Notes under the pieces: model-generated
What the model was told of the DNA's origin: nothing
Databases searched by the model: none
Seen by the model: only the letters and a program-made list of their open reading frames with translations
Source of the DNA: a virus
Lineage: Duplodnaviria; Heunggongvirae; Uroviricota; Caudoviricetes
Reading direction: 5' to 3' (one strand)
DNA: 64,000 bases
IMG/VR virus record: IMGVR_UViG_3300028591_000088
Shown: positions 26,743 through 37,756 of the stretch, in pieces
Layout: each line of letters starts with the position of its first letter
How positions within the stretch are numbered: the stretch's first letter is position 1
Program-made: the position numbers and the translations under genes

Positions 26743-27156
26743 ATGGCGACAATTAAAGAAGATTACGTTAGTTTTGAAACAGCAAAACTATTAAAGGATA
26801 AAGGATTTGATGAACCTTGCTTAATGTGCTATACTTCAGACAAAAAATTAGAACATTATGGACATTATAACAGTTATAAGAATAGTGAGGTTTTTGCAAT
26901 GACCGCTCCAACTCTTCAAATGGCAATGAAATGGTTGAGAGAAGATAAAAAGATTCTCATTTCAATATTTTGTCATATAGATAAAGGCTATTGGTTTTGT
27001 ATACAACTTTTTATAAATTCACCTTATAAATTTGCTACTTCTGAAAGCATACATCGAAAAGAAGAAATCTTAGGAAAAATACAATATTATGATACATACG
27101 AACAAGCTTGCGAAGCTGCAATTAAGTATTGTTTGGAAAATTTAATTCAAAAGTAA
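26743..27156 (+). CDS. hypothetical protein, paralog family A (MATIKEDYVSFE...)
   Basis: Shares MATI.EDYVSFE.AKLLK.KGFDE...PTLQMAMKWLRE...YEQACE.AIKYCLENLI with 28705-29004. Confidence 0.6.
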   Translation: MATIKEDYVSFETAKLLKDKGFDEPCLMCYTSDKKLEHYGHYNSYKNSEVFAMTAPTLQMAMKWLREDKKILISIFCHIDKGYWFCIQLFINSPYKFATSESIHRKEEILGKIQYYDTYEQACEAAIKYCLENLIQK

Positions 27157-27527
27157 AAATGAAAAAGTATTTTTTAATATTCAGCTTAATTGGAATAGTA
27201 GTATTATTATCATCATTTACTTTTAGAACTAATGGTGACAGAAATGAAGTTGATGTAGTTGTAAAAACTATAGAAGGTCATAGATATATTATTACAACTA
27301 ATTATTCTTATTATGCTGGAAGACCTGGAGGAATTGCTATAGTTCACGCAGAGTCTTGTAATTGCAAAAAACATTTAATTAAATAACTATGGCAACAATT
27401 ATAACACTAATTGTATGCTTTTGCCTAATTATGATTGCTATTAGAATTAAGATTAATAATAGTAAAAAAGCAAAGAAAGATGCTGAAGATTTTATGAGCA
27501 TTATCAATCCACAAATATATAAAGATT

Positions 27528-27968
27528 ATGACAACAATTAAATCATATACTGACTTGCAACAGTCAAAGAAGTTGGCAGAGATACTGCCGCTTGAAAGTG
27601 CGGATTATTGTTGGGGTATAGATGATGAAACTTTACATTATAACAATTCACCTTATCCTTGTGCTTGGAAGGATTATACTTGTAAAGAATATTATATTCC
27701 TTGTTGGAGTCTTGCAGCATTAATGAATTTGCTTCCAAGTGAATTTACAGAAAAAGGCAAATACTCTGAAACCACATATCATATAGACATTCGTAAGTAT
27801 GCATTAACTGAAGATGTAGATTTATATCAAATCGCCTATGGTAATTATAAATTTTATGAAGATGGAAACAGTTCTTGGAAAGATATGATAAACACGGGTG
27901 AAAAAGAAAATTTAATTGATGCGGTATTTCAAATGGTAATTTGGTTAAAAGAAAATGAAAAAATATGA
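27528..27968 (+). CDS. hypothetical protein, paralog family B (…SYTDLEQSKKLAEILP…PCWSLAALL…)
   Basis: One of four paralogs (27528, 27965, 29621, 29986). Confidence 0.6.
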   Translation: MTTIKSYTDLQQSKKLAEILPLESADYCWGIDDETLHYNNSPYPCAWKDYTCKEYYIPCWSLAALMNLLPSEFTEKGKYSETTYHIDIRKYALTEDVDLYQIAYGNYKFYEDGNSSWKDMINTGEKENLIDAVFQMVIWLKENEKI

Positions 27969-28360
27969 AATCATATACAGATTTAGAACAGTCAAAGAAG
28001 TTGGCAGAAATATTGCCAATAGAAAGTGCTGATATGAGATATGGTTATATAGTCCCTTATGACTTTTCTGATAGAATGTACGATGGGGGTTACGATGAAA
28101 TTCCATATTCAAAGGATTTTCTTACAAAGAATCCAAATTTCTCTGCCAATGAGTATGATGCAGAATTACCTTGTTGGAGTCTTGCTGCATTACTTGGTGT
28201 TTTGCCAGATGTTCACTTAAAGAAATATATCTATGATGGCATTACAAAATATTATGCGACATTAATAGGAATTAGACAATTTAATTCAGAACATTATGAC
28301 AACCCTATTGATGCTTGCTACGATATGATTATACATTTATATGAATTAAATTTGTTGTGA
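27965..28360 (+). CDS. hypothetical protein, paralog family B
   Basis: MKSYTDLEQSKKLAEILPIESADM...PCWSLAALLGVLP. Confidence 0.6.
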   Translation: MKSYTDLEQSKKLAEILPIESADMRYGYIVPYDFSDRMYDGGYDEIPYSKDFLTKNPNFSANEYDAELPCWSLAALLGVLPDVHLKKYIYDGITKYYATLIGIRQFNSEHYDNPIDACYDMIIHLYELNLL

Positions 28361-28704
28361 TTATGGATTACGAGAAATTACATAAAGATACTATAACCAA
28401 ACTACAAGAGATGGTTAATAGTGGGAAGATTACAGTTGAAACCGCACGTAATATATGCGCTGATTTTGTTCCAGAGAGCGAGGATGAGAGGATAAGAAAA
28501 CACCTTATTTCTCTTTTTGAAAAATTTGTCACATTAGGTGTTGCCAATGAATGTGAAACATCTGAGATAAAGGTAGATGATATTCTTGCTTGGCTTGAAA
28601 AGCAAGGTGAGCCAAAAGACATCAATCCCAGTGAATTTAACGGCTCAACATTAATGCCCCATCCGTATCAAGAAAGTATTTGTTGGTAATAAAATATAAT
28701 AACT

Positions 28705-29004
28705 ATGGCAACAATTACAGAAGACTACGTTAGCTTTGAAATAGCAAAACTGTTAAAAGAGAAGGGGTTTGATGAAAAGGTAATTAGTTTTTATCCTCCT
28801 GGTGATATTCAGAGACCAACACTTCAAATGGCTATGAAGTGGTTAAGGGAAGTGCATAATATTAATTTAAATATTATTTTTATTAAACGTTTTGATAAAG
28901 GCTATTGGAATAAAGGGTGTTGGACTTTTAATAATATTGAATATAAATCGTATGAACAAGCTTGTGAAACAGCAATCAAGTATTGTTTAGAAAACTTAAT
29001 TTAA
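28705..29004 (+). CDS. hypothetical protein, paralog family A
   Basis: Paralog of 26743-27156. Confidence 0.6.
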   Translation: MATITEDYVSFEIAKLLKEKGFDEKVISFYPPGDIQRPTLQMAMKWLREVHNINLNIIFIKRFDKGYWNKGCWTFNNIEYKSYEQACETAIKYCLENLI

Positions 29005-29620
29005 ATAACTATGAAACTGGGAGAAAGAATACAAAATATTAAGACATTATTAAGTTATTGTCCATGTTCAACTGATGAAGTAATGTTAGCATCAGATGAA
29101 GTTTTATGTAAATTTCTTTGGAACTTTTTTTCAAGTCAGCCGGAAAGATTTAAAAAACCAGCATTTGATGGTAGTACCGCAGTTCGTATAACTTTACTTG
29201 ATATGCTTGATGCAAATTGTATAGATTATCATTATACAATAGCATTAAGATATTGTTATTGCTATGACCGTGATGGAGAAGATTGGACTTTTTATTATTT
29301 TAATGATCCTGAATGTTATTATAGAGAATGGAATCGACCTGATATAGAATATTCAGAATTTTCAGATGATATTTGGGAAAGAATACAAAATACACTTTAT
29401 AATAAAGCTATAGAACATATTAACAAAGAATTAGAAGAAGCTAAATCTTCTGTTGAATATTGGGAAAAAAGAAAAGAAGAATTTGATAATAAATTACAGT
29501 TAATAAAATAACTATGGTAACAATTATAAGTGATATAGGAATAATACTTTTTGTTCTTTCGCCATTGATACTAGCGATATTATTCTATTTAAGGTTTAAA
29601 GATTCGAAATTTAAATAACT

Positions 29621-29989
29621 ATGGCAACAATTAAAGCATACACAACCATTGAGCAAAGTCGTAAGTTGGCAGATATTCTGTCACTTGAAAGTGCGGATAT
29701 GTTTTATCCTACCAATTCCGACTGGGAAGGTAAAATTATAGGTTTGCTTGATGTGCCTTTATATATTGGTTCAGATGGTTTTGTAGATACTGAAATGGGT
29801 GAGATTCATGCTTGGAGTCTTGCAGCGTTGCTTGGTGTTTTACCTAAAAGTTTAATTTATACCCCTAATCCAGCATTAGACGGTTATTGCTGTAAAAATA
29901 TAATGCACGATTTGGAGACTTATGGGGAGAATCCTGTTGATGCTTGCTATGAAATGATTATTAAATTAAAAGAAAGGAATCTATTATGA
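29621..29989 (+). CDS. hypothetical protein, paralog family B
   Basis: MATIKAYTTIEQSRKLADILSLESADM...AWSLAALLGVLP. Confidence 0.6.
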   Translation: MATIKAYTTIEQSRKLADILSLESADMFYPTNSDWEGKIIGLLDVPLYIGSDGFVDTEMGEIHAWSLAALLGVLPKSLIYTPNPALDGYCCKNIMHDLETYGENPVDACYEMIIKLKERNLL

Positions 29990-30327
29990 AAAGCTATACT
30001 GATATAGAACAAAGTAAGAAGTTAGCAAAGATATTACCACTTGAAACTGCGGATATGTGGTATGGTAATGAAGACCCCTATAAAATAACAATAGGTAAAT
30101 GGAAGGATACTGAACATGACGAAGATGACATTCCTTGTTGGAGTCTTGCTGCATTGCTTGATATTCTACAGTTGCCTAGTTTAGTACAAGATAAAGCAGA
30201 TAATAAATTATTCTGGCAATGTTCTATTTATGATGAATATGGAACTGCGTATAAAACTTATGATAATAATCCTGTTGATACTTGTGTGGCTATGATTGAG
30301 ACATTACACGAACTTAAAATGTTGTGA
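29986..30327 (+). CDS. hypothetical protein, paralog family B
   Basis: MKSYTDIEQSKKLAKILPLETADM...PCWSLAALLDIL. Confidence 0.6.
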   Translation: MKSYTDIEQSKKLAKILPLETADMWYGNEDPYKITIGKWKDTEHDEDDIPCWSLAALLDILQLPSLVQDKADNKLFWQCSIYDEYGTAYKTYDNNPVDTCVAMIETLHELKML

Positions 30328-31613
30328 TTATGGATTATAGATATACAAGAATTTGGAAAGTAGAGCATAAACTTGTTATTGCTAATACAATAGAAGAAGC
30401 AATAAAGATTTACAAAACTTGGGCTGAATCTATGAATAATGTAATTACAACTGATATTACTACTATAAAAGCTATTGGTAATAATCGAATTCCAGAAGAC
30501 TTCGATGCCTTAATTAAATCTTAATATAATTATGGACTACGAATGGGATAGTAAGCATCTTAAGTTAAAACCAATAAAATGATAGAACTATGGGGAAAAT
30601 AAACACAATGCATAAGCAACTATCATTATTTCCAGAACTAGCCTTAAAACTAGTAAGTACTTTAGATGAGAAAGCTGAATATTATGCTAGACATAATCTT
30701 CCAGCTGATGGGGATGTTAGTCTTGTAGAAAATGCTATTTCTGTGGCCTATAAAGATGGAGCATCCGCAGTATTAAAAGATGTTATAGATTTATTAAAGA
30801 AGTACACAGATCTACATGAATCCTAAAATTATCAAATTATGAAGTACAAAAAGAGACTTAAAAACTTAGAGGCAAGAATTAAGGCCTGGGAGGCTCGTGG
30901 TGGAAAGAATAAGGAAAGTGGGCATCTTCACAAGAAACCTGGTTCTAAAAATAAATGATAGAGAGAAAGAATAATTCTATTACTCCTGGATTTACAAAGG
31001 AGGATAGAAGTACATTTAAGTATTGGTTTGCACATTGGTGTGCTTTCCAAATGACTGCTCTTAATCTTGGAGTATGGAAGTTTAAATACTTATTTCATGA
31101 TTGGGAGAAACCTTGGTTACGTTTATTCCTTCCTTATAAATCTGTTCAGAAGTGGCATCGTTATCATAGACGACATCACCCTGAGTATGGAATTAAGAAT
31201 GGTTGGGATAAAGTAGATTGGGGTGAGATGCTTGTAGATTGGGAGTGTTGTCACTATACAAAAATAGCACAACCTCTTAATGCCCATGAGACTTTAATAG
31301 AACTCTTTTCTAAAGAGTCTTATTATAGAACTATGCAAGATAATATTTTACCTAAATTAATTAATTTGATAGATGAAAAAGACTTAAAGTAGATATCTTT
31401 AATATTCTATATATTATTATGTAATATGAATTGGACAAAAGCGTTTTGTGTTCTAGGATGGTTTATTCTTACCATTCTCGGATTAGACTTAGCCTTTGGA
31501 TGGCTAAATTTAGCTAACACAATAGCTAACATTGCTGGAGCATTTCTAGTATTATTTATAATCTTTATTTCATTCAAAACAAAAGCATTTACTAACTTTA
31601 AAATTTTCAAAAA

Positions 31614-32402
31614 ATGAAAAAACTTTTAGGAATTTTGTTCGTAATGGTACTCGCTCTTAGTATGACGAGCTGTGCCGAGCGTATAGACGCAGGTTGTGAA
31701 GGTGTTGAGGTATCTCTTTATGGAGATTCTCGAGGTGTTGGTGATGTAAATCTGGTAACAGGATGGGTCTGGTACAATCCGTTCGCCACACAAATCTATG
31801 AGTATCCTACCTTTGTGCAGACCATAGACTATGATGCCTTTGAAATCAATGCAAAGGATGGTCCTCTCTTTACCATCGACCCTAATGTGAACATTAAAGT
31901 TGCTGATGGCAAGGCTCCTCAGGTATTTAGGAAGTATCGAAAAGAACTGGGAGATGTCATACAGGGTCCTGTTCTCAAGTACATCAAGGATGCTTGTCGT
32001 ATTGAAATCAATAAATTCACTACTGATGAAATAGTTTCTAATAGAGAGAAAGTAGAGAATGCTATTGAGAAACGACTTAGAGCCAACTTGGAAAAGGAAG
32101 GATTCGTTCTGGATCAGTTTACGTCAGGTCTAAAGTATCCTCAGTCTATTGTTAATGCAATTGATGCAAAGACCAAGGCTGTACAAGACGCTCAGAGGGT
32201 CGAAAACGAGCTAAAGATTGCTGAAGCAGAGGCACGTAAGAAAATTGTTGCGGCTGAAGCAGAAAAGCAAGCTAATGAACTTCGAACTCAGGCTTTAACT
32301 TCAGCTATCTTACAGCAAATGTGGATTGACAAGTGGGATGGTAAGCTTCCTGTTACAATGGCTGGGGGTGACTCTAAACTTCTTCTAAACTTACCTAAAT
32401 AA
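31614..32402 (+). CDS. SPFH/band-7 (prohibitin/HflKC-like) domain lipoprotein
   Basis: Lipoprotein signal peptide (LALSMTSC), an SPFH-like core, and a C-terminal alanine/glutamate-rich coiled coil (AEAEARKKIVAAEAEKQANELR). Confidence 0.65.
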   Translation: MKKLLGILFVMVLALSMTSCAERIDAGCEGVEVSLYGDSRGVGDVNLVTGWVWYNPFATQIYEYPTFVQTIDYDAFEINAKDGPLFTIDPNVNIKVADGKAPQVFRKYRKELGDVIQGPVLKYIKDACRIEINKFTTDEIVSNREKVENAIEKRLRANLEKEGFVLDQFTSGLKYPQSIVNAIDAKTKAVQDAQRVENELKIAEAEARKKIVAAEAEKQANELRTQALTSAILQQMWIDKWDGKLPVTMAGGDSKLLLNLPK

Positions 32403-34335
32403 TGATCTGGTTAATCATTAGTATTGTCTGTTTTCTACTACTTAGGAATTTCCTATCTAAATTAGAAATAGATGACCGTGATGGATGGAAGTCGTTTAAA
32501 GCTCCCTTATGGTTATGGGCTTTTGCTGCTATTGTTTGTTTAGTTCCAATTATAAATATAATAGGACTTATTTGTATTGAATTAATGGCAATAGCTGACA
32601 TAAGGAGTCGTTACCCAGATTTAAGATTTAAAGAAGGAAAGAGTCATTGGCTTATTAAATTAATAGATTTTATGAATAAAGAATTTTAAATTATGTAAAA
32701 CTAGAAATGCTTATAAGTATTATCATTACTGCTTTGCTACTTTATGTAGCTTTCCATACAAAATATGATGGAGATAGATTACCTAGCTGGTGCTTTTATA
32801 GTATAGCAGCATTAACTTTATGTAGCTGGGAATCAGCTATTGTTATGCTTATTATATGTATATATTGCCTTTATATAGGAATCAAGTCAGGAGAGATAAG
32901 TACTTTAAATTGGATTGAAAATCTGATTAAGTAATGTCGGATGAAAGTTATAGAATCCTCGATGAGCAAGAAATAAACAAGTATATAGATTGTCCTTGGT
33001 TCCGAAAAGAATGTAAGTTCATTTCCGGTACTGGATGGGCAGTTCCAGAAAAATACTTGATTAAAGATTTAGATAAGAAAAAGTTTTATTCAAATCTGTT
33101 ACAAGAATTAATTGATGAATTTGACTTTGAACGTGTCCATAAATGTATGGAAGTTCTCGATTGGCATTGGGCTGGAGTAAATGGTATACCAGAAAAGGAA
33201 GATATGATTCCTGTAGTAAAGAGTCTCTATGAAGGTATAGAGAAGCGAGTGCTAGAAGGTAAATACTGTTACTGTGCCACTGGTGGATTTAAACTTATGT
33301 TCAATCCAGACGAAGACAATGAGTTAAATCTTGTATTTGAAGCAGAAAACTATTCAGTCTATGGTGATTGAGGAAAAAGACTTTAGAATGACTCAAATTA
33401 GTCAGAGTTCACCTTTTTGGGATTTAGAATTATTAAAAACTATAAGACCTAAAGGTGGAGTTGTCAGACAAGAGTTCACAAACGTTGGCTATGGCATGAC
33501 GCTTGGACATTGTCTTAAATCTATAGTGAATTTTCGGCTTTCTAATAAACATCTTGAAGATGTAGTTTCAATGAAACAATATCTAAAAGAGTATATAGCT
33601 GAAATAAAAGAGATTAAAAGTTATATTGATGAAGCAATCTTGGAAGACCAAAAAATTGAAGACGGAGCTGAATAGGCTCTTTACATTTTTAGACAAGAAC
33701 TACAATATTAATTGGGGTGGTTGTTGTTGGCTTACTTATTGTTTAGCTTATAACTTCGAAAGATTAAGCATTCCATACTCCTTAGTTATCTATGACACTG
33801 AAGGAGATCCAGAAGAAGCATATAATAATATAATAGGAAGGTGGACTAGTTTTCCAACGGGAGATGAAACTGCTTCTCATTATACTTTGAAAGCAAAAGG
33901 TCTTGGTGTTCTTAATAAGAGCAAAGGAGAGCCTTTTATTCTTATTAATGATGTTGATTCTGATGATATTCGCTGGATTTATGATAAAGGAAGTTGGAAT
34001 GAATGTTATAATTCTAGATTAAATGATGAAATTAAAAACTTAGTAGACACAGTTTTCAAAATTTATGAAAAAGAAATCTGTAAAACCATCGAAACTGATT
34101 GATATTCAGTGCCCAAGATGTGGAAGAGTAACTCACCATTATCTTAATGAACTTACTGGCGAATACAAATGCGTAATTTGTCAGTCTACTAATAAAACAA
34201 TTAAGGTGAAGCCAAAGAAGGAAATCCTTTTTACAGCGGACGAAGATCTAGAGGCTGAGCTGAATCCAATAGAAAATGTTAATGAGTCTCCATCGGAGCT
34301 CTAAAGAACCAGTTAAACTATAAAATTTATTTACA

Positions 34336-34821
34336 ATGGAAGATTTAAAAGGTATTCCTTCTCTACAAGAACTAGCTAAATTAGCTGAAGAAGAATGGAT
34401 TGACGTGCATAATCATGCACTAATGGTTTACTTAGGTATGCAACCTCCTCATTATAAGGGAAGGGATACTAAAGTATGGACTAAAACAGAGAAAGAAAAA
34501 GAATTGCTCAAGCAGATGAAAGCTAGATGCAATACTATTCTTCCTCGTCAGTGGCCTTATGCAGAGCCTCGCTCTACATTCTTCTCGAAACTGATTGTTA
34601 GAATTCGACCTAGCAATAAGTTTAAATTTAAAGACAAACATGGTAATGAGCAGAAAAAGACCTATTTCTCTCATAAGAATGTTTGTGAGTCGGATATTCC
34701 TGCCATACTAGCTAAATACTATGTATGGAAGGACAAGGCCCGTCAATCATTGGTTATATCGTATGAGTGGAACGGCAAAGCCTACGCCCCCAACGAGCTA
34801 CCTAACATTAGACGGAAGTAG
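34336..34821 (+). CDS. hypothetical protein (overlaps the next ORF by about 100 nt in another frame)
   Basis: 161-aa ORF. 34721-35125 in the +1 frame continues without a nearby RBS-like start. Confidence 0.5.
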   Translation: MEDLKGIPSLQELAKLAEEEWIDVHNHALMVYLGMQPPHYKGRDTKVWTKTEKEKELLKQMKARCNTILPRQWPYAEPRSTFFSKLIVRIRPSNKFKFKDKHGNEQKKTYFSHKNVCESDIPAILAKYYVWKDKARQSLVISYEWNGKAYAPNELPNIRRK

Positions 34822-35081
34822 AATTTATCCAGCTCCGTTCTTCCTTTATGAAGTGACTACTTATAAACTATATAATAGTAAACAAGCTAGTCCAGCTAAA
34901 GGTAGAGCGGAGTTGGTTAATTCTAAATTCTTTAAGGCTTCCAAGCCCCTAAAAACCTTAGGTTATAAAGCTATAAAGAAATTAGATCATTTATTGGAAC
35001 AAACTATAACTTGGATAGGAGCTCCAATGCAATTCATTTTAGATAATAACTTACCTATTTACGATCCAAAAAAGAAGAAAA

Positions 35082-35651
35082 ATGAAAAAGGACGTAGCAA
35101 TGTTCGAAAAAGGAGTCATCGTTGACTTCGCCGGTGCTCAGCACCAGTTTGTTGTTTGTGCTCTCAGCACTAGTGCTTTCCAAAGTGAAGAAGCCTCTGT
35201 AGAGTTAGTTTCTTTTGACAATGCAAGTGGAGCAGAAATCGATAACTATACTCTTCCTCGTGCTGTCTTTATAGGAGTTGCTGTGTGCAATCCTGGAGAT
35301 GAGTGGGATGAGGAGAAGGGCAAGATGATTGCTCTTAATAAAGCTAAGGGCTTTAAGGCCGATAAGGTAGAAAAAGCAGTGGCTTTATTTGCTACTCGTG
35401 CTGGTCTTATTAGTGAACCTATGGTAAAAGCACTCTTGCAAAAAGAGGTCCAACATATCATTGAAGACCCTGAGTATGTCATTAAGGGCTACAACCAGAT
35501 GAAAAAGCGCTATGAGTTAGACCAGGAAATGAAGAAATTCATTGAGGAAGCTCCTTCTAACGTAAAAGAGCTAGTTGACCAATTCGTTGCCCTGAATGAT
35601 AAGGACAAAGAAACAGCAGTCAATTTGATGTTTCTGAGGGCTAATGAGTAA
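35082..35651 (+). CDS. hypothetical protein
   Basis: 189-aa ORF. Confidence 0.55.
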   Translation: MKKDVAMFEKGVIVDFAGAQHQFVVCALSTSAFQSEEASVELVSFDNASGAEIDNYTLPRAVFIGVAVCNPGDEWDEEKGKMIALNKAKGFKADKVEKAVALFATRAGLISEPMVKALLQKEVQHIIEDPEYVIKGYNQMKKRYELDQEMKKFIEEAPSNVKELVDQFVALNDKDKETAVNLMFLRANE

Positions 35652-36773
35652 ATCTGGTTGGATACTCATAATCACTTTAATTGGACTAATCATTTGTTTG
35701 TATTATTGGGCAGTCAATTTTTCTTATGATACTGAGGACTCTCAGTTAGTAAGTAAGATTGACTCCCTTACAACTAAAGTCGACTCTATAAGAAGAGCCA
35801 ATGATAGTATAAGAGTAATAATAGATACAACTGAAATTCAAATTGAACATGTTTATGAGCAATATATCCAAATTCACGATCACATTGTTACTCAGTCTGT
35901 TGATTCCGACTGTGTGTTCTTCTCAAACTACTTATCCGAGGATAGTAAACGATTCGTTGATACTATTAACTTCGAACCAGTTAAAACACACTAACCTTAT
36001 TTTTGCTGAGCATCATATGCTGTTAAAAAAAGTTGACCTATTAGAAAGTCAAACTCAGCGATATAAGGAGCTTATAAGAAATTATGAGCAAAGTGATTCT
36101 GTGCAATCGAAGCTTTTAGAAACAAGTAAAATTTATTATCTTGGTAAGATAGATGCCTTAAAGAAGGATATATCTAAGGAAACTAAAAAACGTAAAATTT
36201 ATCAGTTCGGAATGTTTGGATCTATAGGTGCAGCAATATTAGCCTTAATCCTTATTAAATGAATCGAGTTCGAATTGATAAAGACTCAGAAGGAGTAAAA
36301 TACAAGTACCTTGATCGGTCTTGTAAACAATGTAAGAGGTTTCCCTGTTTTGAAGGAATTGAGATATGTAAATCTGACTTTGCTAAATATGGTTGTAGAC
36401 AATATAAGGAATGATTACTATCTTTTCCGTATTAAGAGCTAAACTAGACGAAGGTCTAGGATATACCACATATGTCTTTGAAAATCTTGAAGAACATAAA
36501 TGGGACACTAAGTATAAAATGGTTACAAGGTGTCCTAACTGGGATCATAGAGCTATTAATGTAGGAGAAGAAGGATTTCTAACTTATGAAGACCATGAAG
36601 CAGGTAAGAGTCAATGGTTTGATGGAAATAATTTTCAGTTTTACCGATATACAATGTCTCAGTTCATGAAATTCGTAGCTAAACCTAAAGAAATTACTAC
36701 AGATTTTATAATGTAAGAAGATTACCCCAAATGTACAGATTATGATAATTTACAAAGTAAAAATAAAAAATTA

Positions 36774-37667
36774 ATGGGTATTTTAGGTGATAAATTAACA
36801 GCAGCACAAGTAGCAAAGAGTAACGACATTAATACTTTTGTTTGGAAGGGTCCAAAAAAGGAAGTCAATGGTAAAATAGTGCAGGAAGAAATAGCGTTAA
36901 AAGATGCTACCGAAGAGCAACTGAAGAAGTTCCTCATGCACTGTAATTCTATGCTGTATAGTAAGGATAAAGATAATCCTGGCAGATATACACTGCTTTC
37001 TATTATCAAAGAACAAAGAGATAAGTGTAATGCTGAACTCTATGTTCGTTGGTTAGAGAATAAGTATAAAAAGGATACTCCTAATCCTAGAAAAGAGTAT
37101 CCTCGTTATCTGTACCAACAGGATATTCGAACCATACTAACTAATAACCGTGAAACATTTGAGAGTGATAAACTCGATCAATATCCCATTGAGCAGATTA
37201 CTAATGGAGTTCCCACAGAGTTCCGTGATGTAACAATTGCTCTAGCCCAAGATGCATGTCTTGGAACTCTTGGAGACTTCAATAAAAAGCATCTCTCTCT
37301 CAACTTTATTACTAAGCTTGGACTCTGGTTTACTCCTGCAGAAATGAAGGATTTAACAGAAAAAGATGCTAATGGTAAGACGAGAGATAGATTAGAAGTA
37401 ATTCGTGAACGTCACGGATTGAAGCCTGTAATCAGTCTTTATATCAATCCTAAAGGCTTGAACTATACAGAACTTCGTGCTATGTTGAATCTAAAGAGTA
37501 AGAGTCGCAAATATTCAGATTTGACTACCGACCAGCTCGTAACATTGCGAGACCGTGTATTGTTCTTCTTTGAAAGAGAAGTGGAGCAGCACATCAAGCA
37601 ATGGGAAGAGCGTAAGAGTCAAATCTTGAAGGTTGCAGAACTCAAGGGTTTTGATTTAAATGCTTAA
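36774..37667 (+). CDS. hypothetical protein
   Basis: 297-aa ORF. Confidence 0.55.
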   Translation: MGILGDKLTAAQVAKSNDINTFVWKGPKKEVNGKIVQEEIALKDATEEQLKKFLMHCNSMLYSKDKDNPGRYTLLSIIKEQRDKCNAELYVRWLENKYKKDTPNPRKEYPRYLYQQDIRTILTNNRETFESDKLDQYPIEQITNGVPTEFRDVTIALAQDACLGTLGDFNKKHLSLNFITKLGLWFTPAEMKDLTEKDANGKTRDRLEVIRERHGLKPVISLYINPKGLNYTELRAMLNLKSKSRKYSDLTTDQLVTLRDRVLFFFEREVEQHIKQWEERKSQILKVAELKGFDLNA

Positions 37668-37756
37668 ACATATCTTAATAAGTATAGGGGAGAGGCTAGT
37701 CCTCTTCCCTCTACCTTTGGAGACTCTTACGTATATGATATGCGGATTAGTCGAAA

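Noticed and set aside
30955-31617. Fusion of ORFs 30955-31392 and 31426-31617 by readthrough of the TAG at 31390.
   Set aside because: The downstream ORF has its own ATG and encodes a hydrophobic peptide that is plausible as an independent small membrane protein. I kept it only as a weak supporting observation for the amber-suppressor hypothesis rather than calling a fusion.
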